The notes under the pieces are model-generated. The model saw nothing but the letters and a program-made list of their open reading frames with translations. It did not search any database and had not been told where the DNA came from. From the NCBI RefSeq assembly GCF_009914755.1, contig NC_060938.1: a stretch of DNA of 64,000 nucleotides. One strand, given 5' to 3'. Shown piece after piece: positions 31,474 through 47,077 of the stretch (positions are counted from its first letter, which is position 1; every line of letters starts with the position of its first letter). A program made the translations under genes and the position numbers. This DNA comes from the human T2T-CHM13v2.0 reference genome, Homo sapiens.

Positions 31474-31765
31474 GCTTACTCCTGAAGTCCTAGCACTTTG
31501 GGAGGCCGAGGTGGGCGGATGGCTTGACTCCAGGAGTTCGAGACCAGCCTGGACAACATAGTAAAACCCCATCTCTACAAATAAAACAAAAATTAGCTGT
31601 GTGTGGTGGTGCACGCCTGTAGTCCCAGCTACTTGGAGGGCTGAGCTAGATCACTTGAGCCAGGACGTTGAGGTTGCAGTGAGCCGTGTTCGCACCACTG
31701 CACTCCAGCCTGGGTGACAAAGTGAGACCCTGCCTTAAAAAATAATTAAAATTAAAAAACAATGA
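31474..31765 (+). mobile_element. 5'-truncated AluJ element
   Basis: cctagcactttgggaggccgagg...agaccctgcc plus A tail; TSD aaaagcttact on both sides. Confidence 0.92.
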
Positions 31766-33397
31766 AAAGCTTACTACCTATACTATTGAGATTCAGCTAT
31801 CAAGTTCTCCAAACCCTCTCTCCCTGATCCAGGGAAGGGCAAGGTGACTGACTACAGTGGCACTAGGGTTGTGATAATTTCCAAAGTTAGGGGAGAATGT
31901 GCAGATAAACTGGAGCTTTGAGATCTCAGGCCCAAAGATCGGGATGAGTAAGTGTGAACGCCCAATCCAAACTGTGGGGCCCTACGAGCAAGGTCAGGGA
32001 GGTATGAATCAGGCAGGGGCACAGAGCTCAGCATAGGTTTTGAGTAAATGTGTAAAGGGATAATGTGCACACACGTGTGTGTATGTTGCTCCTGGCTCCT
32101 CTCCACTCAGCACCCTGAAGATGATTGCCGACCTCCAATGCTAACTTCTGAAAATGGTTGGCTTTAGGGTCAGAGAGGCAAAATATAAAAACAAATCATT
32201 TTTGGTCCTGTGGTGATACAATGTTCTTTAAGTTTGGTTTAGCCACATGGGTTAGATAACTGACCATATATTCATTTTGTCAAATTTAGGCTGTGTGCTG
32301 GGTACTGATCTACAGCAGGAAGCAGGACGAGGTCCTACCCTCATGGAGCATCCCTTCTAGTATCATGTGGGGGACAGCTAGAGACAAGGTGATAGAGTGC
32401 AATGTTAAATCCATGATAGTTATGGGGGGCTACCTTATATTAATACGGGATGTCCTCTGAGCAGTAGTTGAATGGGACCCTGAATGATAGGAGCCAACCA
32501 TGCCAACACATTTCCATTAAAGATGCGTGTTTTCTGGATGCCAGCTCTGCACCAAACACCTTCCCTGTATCCTTTCACTTAATCCTCATGACCACCCTCT
32601 GGATTCCAGTTATTACTATCATCACTTGTAGAGTGCACAGAAACAAAGCATTTTGTCCAAGGTCACACAGTCAAGTGACAGAGAAGGCTTCACACACACG
32701 AAGTCCGACCCCAGAGCCTCCCCTGAACTCTGTACTAGGATGAGCTTAGTGCTCAGTGAAACCAGCAAGACCCTCGTGACTAAAGCACACTGAGACGACT
32801 CAGCCGTGGAGGGGCCGGATCACACAGGCTTTGTAGGCCATGGGAGGAGTTTAGTTCTATTTTGATTTCTATTTTAACTATTCTGGCTACAATGTGGAAA
32901 ACAGATCAGAGAGGGGAAAAGGGTGGAAGCAGGAAGACCCGTTAGGAGGCTGTGACACAGTCCAGGTAAAAGCAATGGTTGTTCGATCAGGGTGCTGGCA
33001 GTGGAAAGGGGATTACACTTTATCTAGGAGGCCAAATCAACAGAATTTGCTGACGGACGACTGACAGGATGCAAGACTACGAGGGAAGGACAGGAACCAA
33101 GGATGACCCTTGGTAAGCTTTTCGTTTGGGCAGCTGAGATGGGTGGAGGGACTGTTTGCAGAGCACCATTTCAACAGAAGAGCACTAGAAAAATGTGAGG
33201 GTTCAACAAATGGTGCTGGAGAAACTGGATATTCACATGCAAAAGAATGAGGCTGGACCATTACCTTATACCACAGAGAGTCCCCAACGTATGATGGCTC
33301 AACTTAATGACTTTTTGACTTTCTGATGGTGCAAAACTGATATGCATCCAGTAGAAACCATACTTTGAGGACCTAGCCGGTTCCCCCCACACAGCCC

Positions 33398-33726
<329 letters not shown>

Positions 33727-33802
33727 CTAATGTGTGTTCTGAGCACATTTACATTAGGCTAGGCAAAACTATGATGTTCAGTAGGTTGGGTGGATTGAAT
33801 AA

Positions 33803-34088
33803 TTTTTTTTTGAAACAAGGTCTCACTCTGCTGCCCAGGTTAGAGTACAGTGGCATGATCATGGCTCAGCCCAGCCTTGACCTCCCCAGGCTCAGATGAT
33901 CTTCGACCTCAGCTTCCTGAGTAGCTGGGACTAAAGGCATGTGCCACCACACCCAGCGAATTGTATTTTTATAGAGATGAGCTTTTGACATGCTGCCCAG
34001 ACTGGTCCGAACTCTGGAGCTCCAGCAATCTGCCCACCTTGGCCTCCCAAAGTGCTGAGATTATAGGTGTGAGCCACTGCGCTGGGGC
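33803..34088 (-). mobile_element. AluJ element, inverted relative to the Alu at 33398
   Basis: T tract, then gaaacaaggtctcactctg...gtgagccactgcgctggg. Confidence 0.92.
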
Positions 34089-34999
34089 AAATGCATTTTT
34101 GACTTAAGATATTTTCAACTTACGATGGGTTTACTGGGACATAACTCCATCATGACTAGAGAAGCTTCTGTACGAAAGCTAACTCATAATGGACCAAAGA
34201 CCCAGTGTAAGAGCTAAAACTATAAAACTCTCATCCAGAATATATACAGAACTTCTAAAACTCAACAACAAAAAAACCCAATTCAAGAATGGGTAAAAGG
34301 GACTTGAATAGATAATTTTCCAAAGAGACAAATGGTCAATAAGCCATTAAAAGATGCTCAACATCTCTAATCATTAGGAAAATGTAAATCAAAACCACAA
34401 TAAGATACCACTTTACATCCGTTAGGATGGCTCTTAGCAAAAACACATAAAACAAGTATTGGTGAGGATGTGAAGAAACTGGAACTTGGTGCATTACTGG
34501 TGGGAAAGTAAAATAGTGTAGTCACTATAGAAAACAATATGGTGACTTCCCAAAAAATTAAGCAGAATTACCATACAATCCAGCAATTCTACTTCTGGGT
34601 ATATACTCTAAAGAACTGAAAGCAGTGACCCAAACAGGTATGTCTACACTAATGTTTACAGCAGCACTGTTCACAACAGCCAAAAGGTGGAAGCAACCCC
34701 AATGTCCATTGGCAGATGAATAAACAAAATGTGGTCTATGCATATAATGGGATATTATTCACCTTAAAAAGCAAATTCTGACATGTGCCATGGTATGGAT
34801 GAACCATGAAGACGTTATGCTAAGTGAAGTCAGACACAAAAGGGCAAACATTGTCAGATTCCCCTTATATGAGGTACTTAGAAAAATTAAATTCAGAGAC
34901 ACAAAGTAGAATGAGGTTGCCAGGGATTTGGAGGGAAAGGAATATTAGTGTTTAATGGGTAGAGTTTTAATTTGGGATAAAGAAAATGTTCTGGAGATG

Positions 35000-35352
<353 letters not shown>

Positions 35353-36459
35353 TTATGCCATTAAACTGTACACTTAAAAATGGTTAAGATGGTAAACTTT
35401 ATGTGTATTTTACCACATACACACCAAAAAACCCTCTAAGGGTTGTTCATAAACTGCCTTGCAGACCAGTTATAAAGCACTTCTCCTGGCCTGCACATCT
35501 CTCTGCTCCTTGCATCTTTCCAAGGGGCACAGACCTGAGCTGGCTGGGACCCAGCATTTACCATTCCATCTAAAACATACATTGTGCTCACGGATCTGCA
35601 CACACACAAAAATTCAATCCCATCTGGATTCTTTTCACGCACATCGCAATCTGCAAAATGATACATTCAGCCTGGCTGTGTTCTTTCTTGCTAGCCGTGA
35701 CAGCTGCAGACGTGAGCAGTTGCTTGTCTTGGAGGGTAGGGTCAATGGTGGCAGGAAGGACCTGTGGCCCTGAGGCTTGGCCTGAACTATCTAGAGAATT
35801 CAGGGCAGTAACATCAACACACACAAGCATGCAGCACTTACCCAAATTCCTTAGGATTAAAATATACTTTTTTCTCATCTAGTTTAGGGCAGTCAGAGAG
35901 AGAGGAAAGGAAGGGACTAATTTAAACCTACAAAGGAAAACTAAACTTTTTTCTCATTCTAAAAAACTTCTTACCATCTTGTTTCTACAACCAAATGATT
36001 CATATTAGTGCTTGGTTTACTGAGTTACAAAAAAAGTTGGGTCAAAAGGCTAAAATGATAGAATTATTTCTTAATCAACAATATTGGAAATGTGTCCTAA
36101 AAACCTGGAAGCTGAACATTCTGTCCACCTGCTTTTAGAAAAGCCAAGTTCACCTCAAGAATGTGTCAAACACATCATCTAAATAATCCAAGACCTAGAA
36201 TGCATCAATCAATGTGACAGAATTTCCAAAAAGCAGATTGGAATTAAGTCTTCAAAAAAGACAGTTGTTACTATATAATTCTACAGGTGGACATGAAGCA
36301 GAACTTGGTAAACAAAATTTTATATTAAAATATGCATTTTCATATGATTCACCATGGAATTGAAACATTATAAAGATCATTTCTGCTACCACTATTTAAA
36401 CGTTATTACCCACTTGAATTGAAAAAAGATGAAAGGACACAAAGTGAACAGACGATAAC

Positions 36460-36465
36460 TTTATT
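36460..36465 (-). terminator. Distal polyadenylation signal AATAAA
   Basis: tttatt on plus; U/GU-rich element downstream on the minus strand (cactttgtgtcctttcatctttttt). Confidence 0.85.
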
Positions 36466-39400
36466 GGAGATTTACTTGGCTACAATTATTACAAAAAAAA
36501 CAACTAAAGGTAATTGTGATCCATAAGGTGCAGACTGCAAATTTCTGCAGCATGATTACTGTATGAATGAATGACATCATGTTCCTTAAAAAACAGCTGC
36601 AGCATGTGATGGTAAATATTTTATTGTCAATCAAATAATATGCATTAGTTTTACTTGATTTTAGTAATTTTCCTTCACTATTTACAGCAGAAAAGCCAGA
36701 AATTTACTTCCTGTTCACCTTTGCATTTTTGCTATGTAACCTGCTGCTGCAGTGAATTCTTAGTGCATCTATAAAATTTAAATTGTCTGTGGTTGATGTC
36801 CAAATAAAAATGGACTAGAAAAAAAGAAGTAATGATTAAAATATATTTACAAGTTAGTTGTGAAAAATCATTTTCACTGCTAGTGGAAAATACAATGGTC
36901 TCAATGCAAATTTCCTAGATATTGCTATTGGCGTCTCCAACAACTTTAAAAATCATTTTAATAGTCTTGGTCTTAAACATATCTTTAAAACTTTTCATGT
37001 ACAATATAAAATAAAGAAATTTATCTGGAAATAATTAAATTCCTGAAAAGTAATCAGTGGTTGGAAAAATATAATTATTCAAATGTAATTAAAACAACCA
37101 TATAGGTAATAAACATGACATGAGTTTCTCTTCTGCAGATAATGCAAATGGGTTAAAGACTCTTAACATAATTTCAGATGCAGTTAAAAAAAGGTATCAA
37201 GGTCTCAGTTTGGTGGCTTCAATCTTGTGTAAAGGGATTAGACACCCTAACAGAGCAAGATCCAATATTTTAAATCAACGGGGCCTTGTGCATGAACTGC
37301 GCTCGATCTGGATTCCAGTGATCCTCTGCAGTGCCCACCTGCCTCCAGGGAGCGACTGAAGAAGCCGACTGCCGGGGGAACACCTGGATTCATGAACCAA
37401 AGCAGCCTCAAGTTTCATGTTGTCAAGGCAGGGTATCAGAATCTTTCTGAGGGCAAAGTATTATTAACAAATAAAAATATCAGTATTTTAAAAGACAATT
37501 ACAGGAGTGTTAGAGGTCATTCTAAATTTCATCACTTCACGTAATATAAAAGAAAAAAGAAAAGAAATATAACAAACATTTTAAAAACATAATTAAGAGT
37601 TCAGTTAACAAATCTGTTTCATACTTTCACAAACAGTAAAAATGCCACAGACAAAAATGACCTATTTAAGTTGTGCGAGTATATGACACATTGCAGGCAT
37701 TATAATTATCTTTTTCAAATTCCATAAATCAAAACAGCAGCAAGGCCAAACCACATTTTTTTCCTCTCTGTTAAGCATATTTTCTTGAAATGAGGTAAAG
37801 CATGGTACCAAGTGCAATGCTTATCTGTGCTACATGAACAGAACAGAAGGGAAAAAGCTATTATAAAACGCAGCATAGTTAGGACTGCGGAAAGCATATT
37901 ATAAAAGAAATTTTAAAAAATTTACAAATGAAGGTTCATGTTAACTAACTTGCACACAATCATCATAAGGAATTTCTGCAGTTGCTTTTTCAAGACACGC
38001 CTCCCCAGTCCTTTACACACGTGCTCAGGGCACAACCACACCCCACTGGTAGGTTTTCCATATTACATTCGGTCTCACATTGCAATCACAGGAACACAGG
38101 GTGGCACACAGGGCTCTAAAGTGGGGCAACATAGAGTGATTTTTTTTTTCCTTAATTGACAGATGCAAAACATTTCAACAAGCTAAACACAGGAAAACTT
38201 TACAGCATTAAAAATCAGCAGCACAAAAGCGTTCATAACCATTTCATATGTCTAACTCGTACTTTTTTATTTTTTAACTCAGTAACCAGGGGATCACAGA
38301 ATGCTTCAAACTGTGAGTCAAATTAAAATCTACTATTTTTCTCCAACAAAAAGTGAAACGGCTGAAGTTTGCTGTTGATAAAACATTTGAATGGTAGAAG
38401 GAAATTTGAACCCCTGAGAATGTATGACCTAATCATGTCTAAGTTTGAACATCTTAGTATTAACAAAAAAATACTCTTCTTAAGGTTACAAATATATTGA
38501 GGCATTTTTCTCCCACTGGGAATCATAACTGTGAAAACAATCTGATTTTGGTGCCAGGAATCAAGAGAATCCCGTAACACTGGGATCAATGTATTAGACA
38601 CAATGCAAAGCCCTAAGCTCCTGGCATCAGGTAGTTTATAAATATTAAGAGATTTGTGATTAAACTTGATCACAAATCACCCTCAGAATAAAATTCACAT
38701 CCAGCCTTGTTAACTGCACACTTTTACAGTTATATAATTCAAGAATTGCTTTGTTTTAACTGGTCATATCTTACATTAAGGTTTTTTAAAAAATCAAATA
38801 GACATCTAAGGTTCCAAATCGGAATTAAATATTTTTAAAACAAGTCACCTAATTTGCTCAAAAACTCGTTTAATAATTTAGATCTCAATTTAAGTTTAAG
38901 ATTGGAGACAACAAAAAACACTGGAGAAGCTTAATACCCCCCTCACTCAGGGTTCCTTAGAAAGCAGAGCTGACAGTTTTCTGTCGGTGCACTCGCACAG
39001 AGGCATTTCTCTGTGGGTGGATGATGCAGATAAAGCAGGAAGGACAGTATTCAAATGTCACTTACATATAAATGCAGCATTCCATGAAGCATCAAGTTCA
39101 GAATCATGTGCTGGGAAATATGAGACACCTCTGCTCAGCTTTCTTAAACTTCAAGCATAATTAACGGGGCAAATTGCAGCAAACCTCTACTGGTATGTTG
39201 ATGGGAGTGCAAGACTGACCCACAGCTTTTAAAAAGGTAAATTAAGAGGTATTATAGTTACAGTGCAAAAAAAAAAAAAATTAAAATTTCAAGCATAATA
39301 CATAAACATAGCACCAAACAGGGGAAAAATGCATGCAAAAGAAAAGAAGAACTGAGGTATTTAAGTGAAGAGTGCCTACAAGTCTAATTAAAGAAACTTA

Positions 39401-40558
39401 GGCAAATGCCTAAAGAAGTTTTTTTTTTTTTCCTTTTCCAAAGATGGAAATAATGAGCTAGTTTATCTAAATTAATGACCTAAATCACAGATGTATCAAA
39501 ATTACGGCAGTTTATCGCAAACGTTAAACTTTCACGGCATTAACAGCACAGCTTTGGTAGGTGAAATATGCATGCAACATTATGAAAAGTATAGTAAGAA
39601 ATTTATGTGAGGAGACTAAGGGTAAAGGTGCTGTGTTTTGCTTCTTAAATAAGTAACCAATCAATTATAAAATCTGCAGCATATTTTAGGTGTGATATGT
39701 CTAAGGTTTATTTTGTTAGAGCAACAGCCTAGAAGGCAAAATTATTTGCCATAAACATTTCCATCAGTGGGAACTACCTGGCAGGAGGACTTTAGTAAAA
39801 TGGGGTGTTTAGCCAAAGATCATTTTTATGATAAAAAATATCCGTAGACTACATATTCTGGTTTTTAAAATGTCTTCAGTATACATATGACAGAAATTTT
39901 AGTATGATCCTGTAATAAGTTACAACTATACTAGTGAGTTGTAAGTATCACGCTGTCTCAACGTCTAATGCATAATAAAATGAAAGGAATGTAAAACAGT
40001 TTGTTCCAAAAAGATCAGAGATTAAAGACTATCCATGAAGGTTTCACTTTTAAGGCAAGAACCCTTTTTTATGCAAGACTATGTGGCATCAGAAAACTAA
40101 AATGTGATTCACCAACATGCCAGCCAATGTTCATTAAAAATCTGTCCCTTACTATCAGGTGCAACAGCGACCGGGAACATCACCTTACACAGTATAACGT
40201 GGAAAGAAAAGACAACATTGGCGCACTTCTCCTCTCGAAAACCTTATCTTTCTATTCAGCTTATCAACTACTGCAGGACTGGCACTACTGCACACACGGA
40301 GAGATGGAGAAGAATCTACATCATCCTAGGGACTGCTGGAGGTTTAAGCTCCATGGCCTTCTAACACTAAGCAAAGCTGACATAAACTCAAAAAAAAAAA
40401 ACAAAACCTGTCAATTATTTTGAGCACTTGCTAAATGTCATCATTAAAGCACTCTTGTGATTTAAACAAAGCAGAAGTGAGGAAAGAAGATAAGATTGTG
40501 TTTGCGCAAAAAACTAAAACTACAATTAGTTCCAAAATTTTATACATATGTTAAATGT

Positions 40559-40564
40559 TTTATT
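40559..40564 (-). terminator. Candidate proximal polyadenylation signal AATAAA, about 150 nt after the stop
   Basis: tttatt on plus; U-rich sequence downstream on the minus strand. Confidence 0.55.
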
Positions 40565-40714
40565 CTGTTATCTATCCTGTTATCAACCAAACTTTAAATT
40601 CTGCCTTCAATTCATTCCACTCACTATCAACTTTAAGTCTTCCTTTCCGATTTAAATAATTTTCCCCTTAATTTTTTTTGTTTTGTTTCTTGTTTTGAAT
40701 TTTAAAAAGCGGTT

Positions 40715-40912
<198 letters not shown>

Positions 40913-41249
40913 TCAGAAGTATTTATTATCATTGTCAATCAGCATTTAGTGTGCACTCTCAGGCCAGGAGTCCCATGTATAAGCTGACACCACACAAAGG
41001 AAACACGCGTTACGACTTACTGCAATTGCATACCCCCGACAGACAGGGCTGCCGTCTAGTCTTTATTACAGCATTATTTCATAAAAACAGAAGGAAAAAA
41101 GAGAAGTCAATCAGATTACAAACAGAAATCTGACAACAGCACACCACAGTGTAAATATTTTTCAGAATCATTAGTTTACAATATCTTTGTGAACTTTTCC
41201 CCTTTGATGTTTTTAAGTTAATGTTTTTTCCATGTACATTTTTTGCTTA

Positions 41250-41375
<126 letters not shown>

Positions 41376-41402
41376 TTAATTTTGTGGGTTTTTTTCTTTC
41401 TA

Positions 41403-41582
<180 letters not shown>

Positions 41583-44029
41583 CTATTACAGAGGGAAAAG
41601 TGACTTGTAAGCAAAAAGGCCACTTTTACAGGCAGTCCACAGATGTAGTTTCTTTTCTTGGATATATGACTTTTGTTACTTCTTTAGTAAGGGGGGAAAT
41701 ACCATTTATGGTATGCCTACTATATTGTAATAGTAAAACAAATGTTATATTTTTAAAAAAGTTTTTCAAACTTCTCAAGAAAAAAAGAAAAAATATCCCC
41801 ACCCCATTTATTATTCTATATACCCAGCAAAGAAAAAAGATTACTTCTAACTTTAAACAACCTTAACAAAGAATTAGAAATAGTCAATAAAAGTATGAAA
41901 AAAATTCAAATTCACTCGTAATCAAAGAACTATACTTTAAAACAGTTCTACTCCCTAGCTGCTTGGCAAGCATTCAATAGTACTAATTGGTCTGGTGCTG
42001 GCACGGGTGTATGCTGCTTTGGGGAGCAGAAATCGCTGTTGTAGGGAAATAGGGAAATTATATTTGAAAGATTTTTTCCTCCAAGTTCCCTCTTCATTAA
42101 GCCACTAGATATGTGTTCACTATAACCGAGTATCTGACATAGCATGTATGCAAATTAATAAAAGAAAATCATGCATCAAAAGCCTTTGAAAAGTTCACAA
42201 TTCTTTGATGCAGCAATTGCATCTCTAAGAACTTATTTTAAGGAGGTAACTAGATACATAAGCGTATTTATCACCTCCATGGTTATTAAACATCCTAACC
42301 AAAAACTACTTAATTACTCGGCCATAAAGAAGCGTTTAAATCAATCAGCCACGTGTTGACTAGCGTGTGGCCCCTGAGCATCACGATACCCATCAATACA
42401 CGGAAAGTCAGCCACAATATATTATACGTGAAAAGAACAGGTGACAGTATCCTATACATAATAGAATTCCATTTTACATTTTAGATATGTTTATATCTAT
42501 ACACATCCACAATTCCTCCCAAAATGTTAATATTGGTTATTTCCGAGGTAGCATAATCAGGCAAATTTAACTAATTTTCTTCTTATTTACTTGTACTAAC
42601 TTTTCTAAAATCAACACAAATCATTTGTGAAAAAAATAAAGAGAAAGTGGGAAAATACTAATTTCTAATAGGTTGTTTAGCCATACAAAGTTACATATAA
42701 TACATTTATACTGCTGATTACTTAAAAAAACAGACTTATTGTTCATATTTATGGTTTTGAGATAGAAAGGAATTTTAAAACTTACCAAGTTTAATTCTCT
42801 CTTTTTACAGCTGAGGAAACGGAGGCCCAGAGAGGTAAAGAGACTTTCTTAAGATCAAATAGTAAGTTAGAAATGCCAGACCATGACATTTCCAATCAGT
42901 TCTTGTAACTTCTATACATATGTTTATATAAACAAAGGGAAGGAAAAGAATGAACAAAAACTAACAAAACCAATATGCCCCACTGGCATCCAAAGAGAGC
43001 TTAAATCTAATTTTAACTAATTCCTCAAATTTCAAGCTTAGCTATTTCTAAAGAATGAGACTAGGTAACACTTGGAAGTCTACGAGCTGGTCCCGCCTTC
43101 TCGCCTCACAGCCTGCCACGCTCCAGCTCAGGCTGTTCATCTTGGACAAGAGCACAGAGGCGCGTTAAAGTAAGAGCAGGGCCTACTGACTCCTCCAGTG
43201 CACATCTGGGCAGCTGGCAGGGCGTGAACTCGGCTCTGCGGCTAGACTTCAAACCTACTCTTAATTTTTGTCATAGAAAGTCACTACTCCCCAACAAAGG
43301 TTTGGTGCAATTAAAAAGGGGAAGGTACAAATTAAAGCAATGACAACTAAAACAGCTACTAGTATTAAGGTTGTATTTCCTGACTCCTTATAAGAAAATC
43401 TACAAAAATAAGAAAATCAAAGGAAATGAAATGGGAAGAGGAGGAAATGAGAGTCTCTCTGGGGGACACAGGTATGCAGATGAATGTTAAGAGACTGGAA
43501 AGATCTAAGCAATATCCTTTCCTACAAAAATTCGAAATAGCTCACAAACACATTAGAATTAGCTCTGTCACCAGACAGCCTTTGGCTGAACTTACAATAG
43601 AAGCCTCCCAAATTCCAATGGTCAAAAATTTAGAAGTTTGTTTTTTAAATTAGATTTTCCCACTTCAAGTAGAAGCAGAATGTATATTTATGATGCTTCC
43701 CTGAGATATTAGCAAATATTTCTGATCCATTTAAAAAAGGAAGGATAAGCTACACTGGGCTTTTACTAAAGCTAAACCTGCCTTGGGGTCCGGCAGTGGA
43801 GGCCACTTCTTTGGCATGCCTCAATGCTGGAAGCCCTCATGAAGGCGTGGGAAGGGTACCTAACTGAAAGGCCTGGTTCCTTCTCTTCACCTGAATGACC
43901 ACACAGCCCACAGTGGGGGCAGACAAGTTCAAGAGGCCTACCTGCAAACTGCAGTTCACTCGTGCTCCCACAGAACACAGCACACTGGGTCCCACACCCC
44001 TGACCTCCTGCTGTCCCTTTAGACCACTA

Positions 44030-44416
<387 letters not shown>

Positions 44417-45991
44417 TTACACTATCCCCACATAGCAACTGATCCCCAAATCCGAAGAAGATTTGTATTTACAATCATTTTCATACATATATTCTTCAAA
44501 AAGGATATCTGACATATCATACTAAAAAGCCTCTGGAAACTAAATTTTAATGACAAATTAAGTACATTTCTTATATAAACTGGGGTCATAAAATCTTCAA
44601 GTGGTCAAAAGACTAACGCTTGTTAAGAAGGAAAAACAAAACCTCACAGGTGCTATCATGATCACTGAATGCTTTTCTCTGGCACTGTGCTGTCTGGGCA
44701 GGTGCTGGGGCCTTCCTCTCGAGTCTCCCTCACACATCATCACTTAAGTGAAACCAGGGCCGCACACACCTCTCCATGTGGCTACACTGTGCTGCCATCG
44801 CTAAAGTCTCATTCACACTCTGGAATCTGTGCATAAGTGATACCATTCCTCACTATTCCTGGGCTATTTTTGTTACACAGGATGACAGGAAAAGAAGACC
44901 CTCTTCTTAACTTGAGCTATTATAGAAATGAATTTACCACAAACCAAGAGATTGAGAAAGAAGAGTTGTGAAAGGGAGCAAAGGCAGGTAAACTGGTTGT
45001 CAAAATGTGAAAATGATCAATGTTAAATCAACACCTCTATTTTCTCACAGTGATTAAAATAATATATCCAGCTGAGGAAACTGAGGCAGGGACCGATGGT
45101 GACTTGTCCCAGAATAAGCAAGGAATTAAGAAGCAGGGACTGCTAGGCGAGAACCCAGGTCTCGGAACTTCCAGCAGAATGTAGTCGAAAGCCACGTATC
45201 ATTTTTCCTCCATAACGAAAATTAGGCTTTAGTTTCATCAGTCTTTCCAGTCCAGAGTCAGATAGTTTTTCACTTTTTGGTTTTTACATTTTGCTGATCA
45301 CCTTAACCTACGCTGCTTTTATTATATAAACTACAAACTTTATACTTTGCTTTGGTGTTCTGAATTCAGGCACTTATTTTTCTGATACAGAAATTGAAAT
45401 GTAAACTTCAGCTGTGTTTCACAGCCTGAAGCTGATTTGGGTGTGAGGGGCTTGTTCTCCCTTCTAATCTAATGGGTTGACAGTCTATTAAAAGAGGGGC
45501 AAATACAGAGCACAGTGAGAAGTAGAAGATGACAGCAGAGTCACAGCAAGGGCCACGCAACCTTCTTGTGAAATCATTGCTTTTAATCTTTTAATCTATC
45601 CATCTTTAAAAAGACCCTAAAGGAGGGGTCTTTTTGTCCAGGAAGAACAATAAAAGGCTGTGGAAATACATCCAGAATATACAACTAAATCAAAAACCAA
45701 AAGCAGCACTGAATGGGCAAGAGAAAGATATTTGCGGAGGATAAAATGGGGAAAACACATCAAAATACTAAGGTTAAAATTTCTCTAATTAGGCAGATAT
45801 AAAATGACACTGATGAGGGTATATGATAGCCATACTCCCAACAACCAAAGTTATAAAGCAATACGTGCTCCCCAAATAACAAGGAAAAGAATTCTTTCTA
45901 TTCCTTTTGTTCCCCGCCCCATCCCTTGAATATTAAGCATGAACACTGTACATGCATAGATCACTTTTACAAGGCCAACACGATGAGATCA

Positions 45992-47077
<1,086 letters not shown>

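Larger units (their letters stand above)
36445..40714 (-). other. DICER1: DICER1 long 3' UTR (about 4.3 kb)
   Basis: AU-rich segment with no obvious interspersed repeat after the stop; ends shortly after AATAAA at 36460-36465; cleavage position approximate. Confidence 0.85.

Noticed and set aside
45608-45635. aaaaagaccc-N8-gggtcttttt hairpin resembling a bidirectional bacterial intrinsic terminator
   Set aside because: Lies in a human intron; a 10-bp stem that is half A/T homopolymer can arise by chance and is too short for a pre-miRNA
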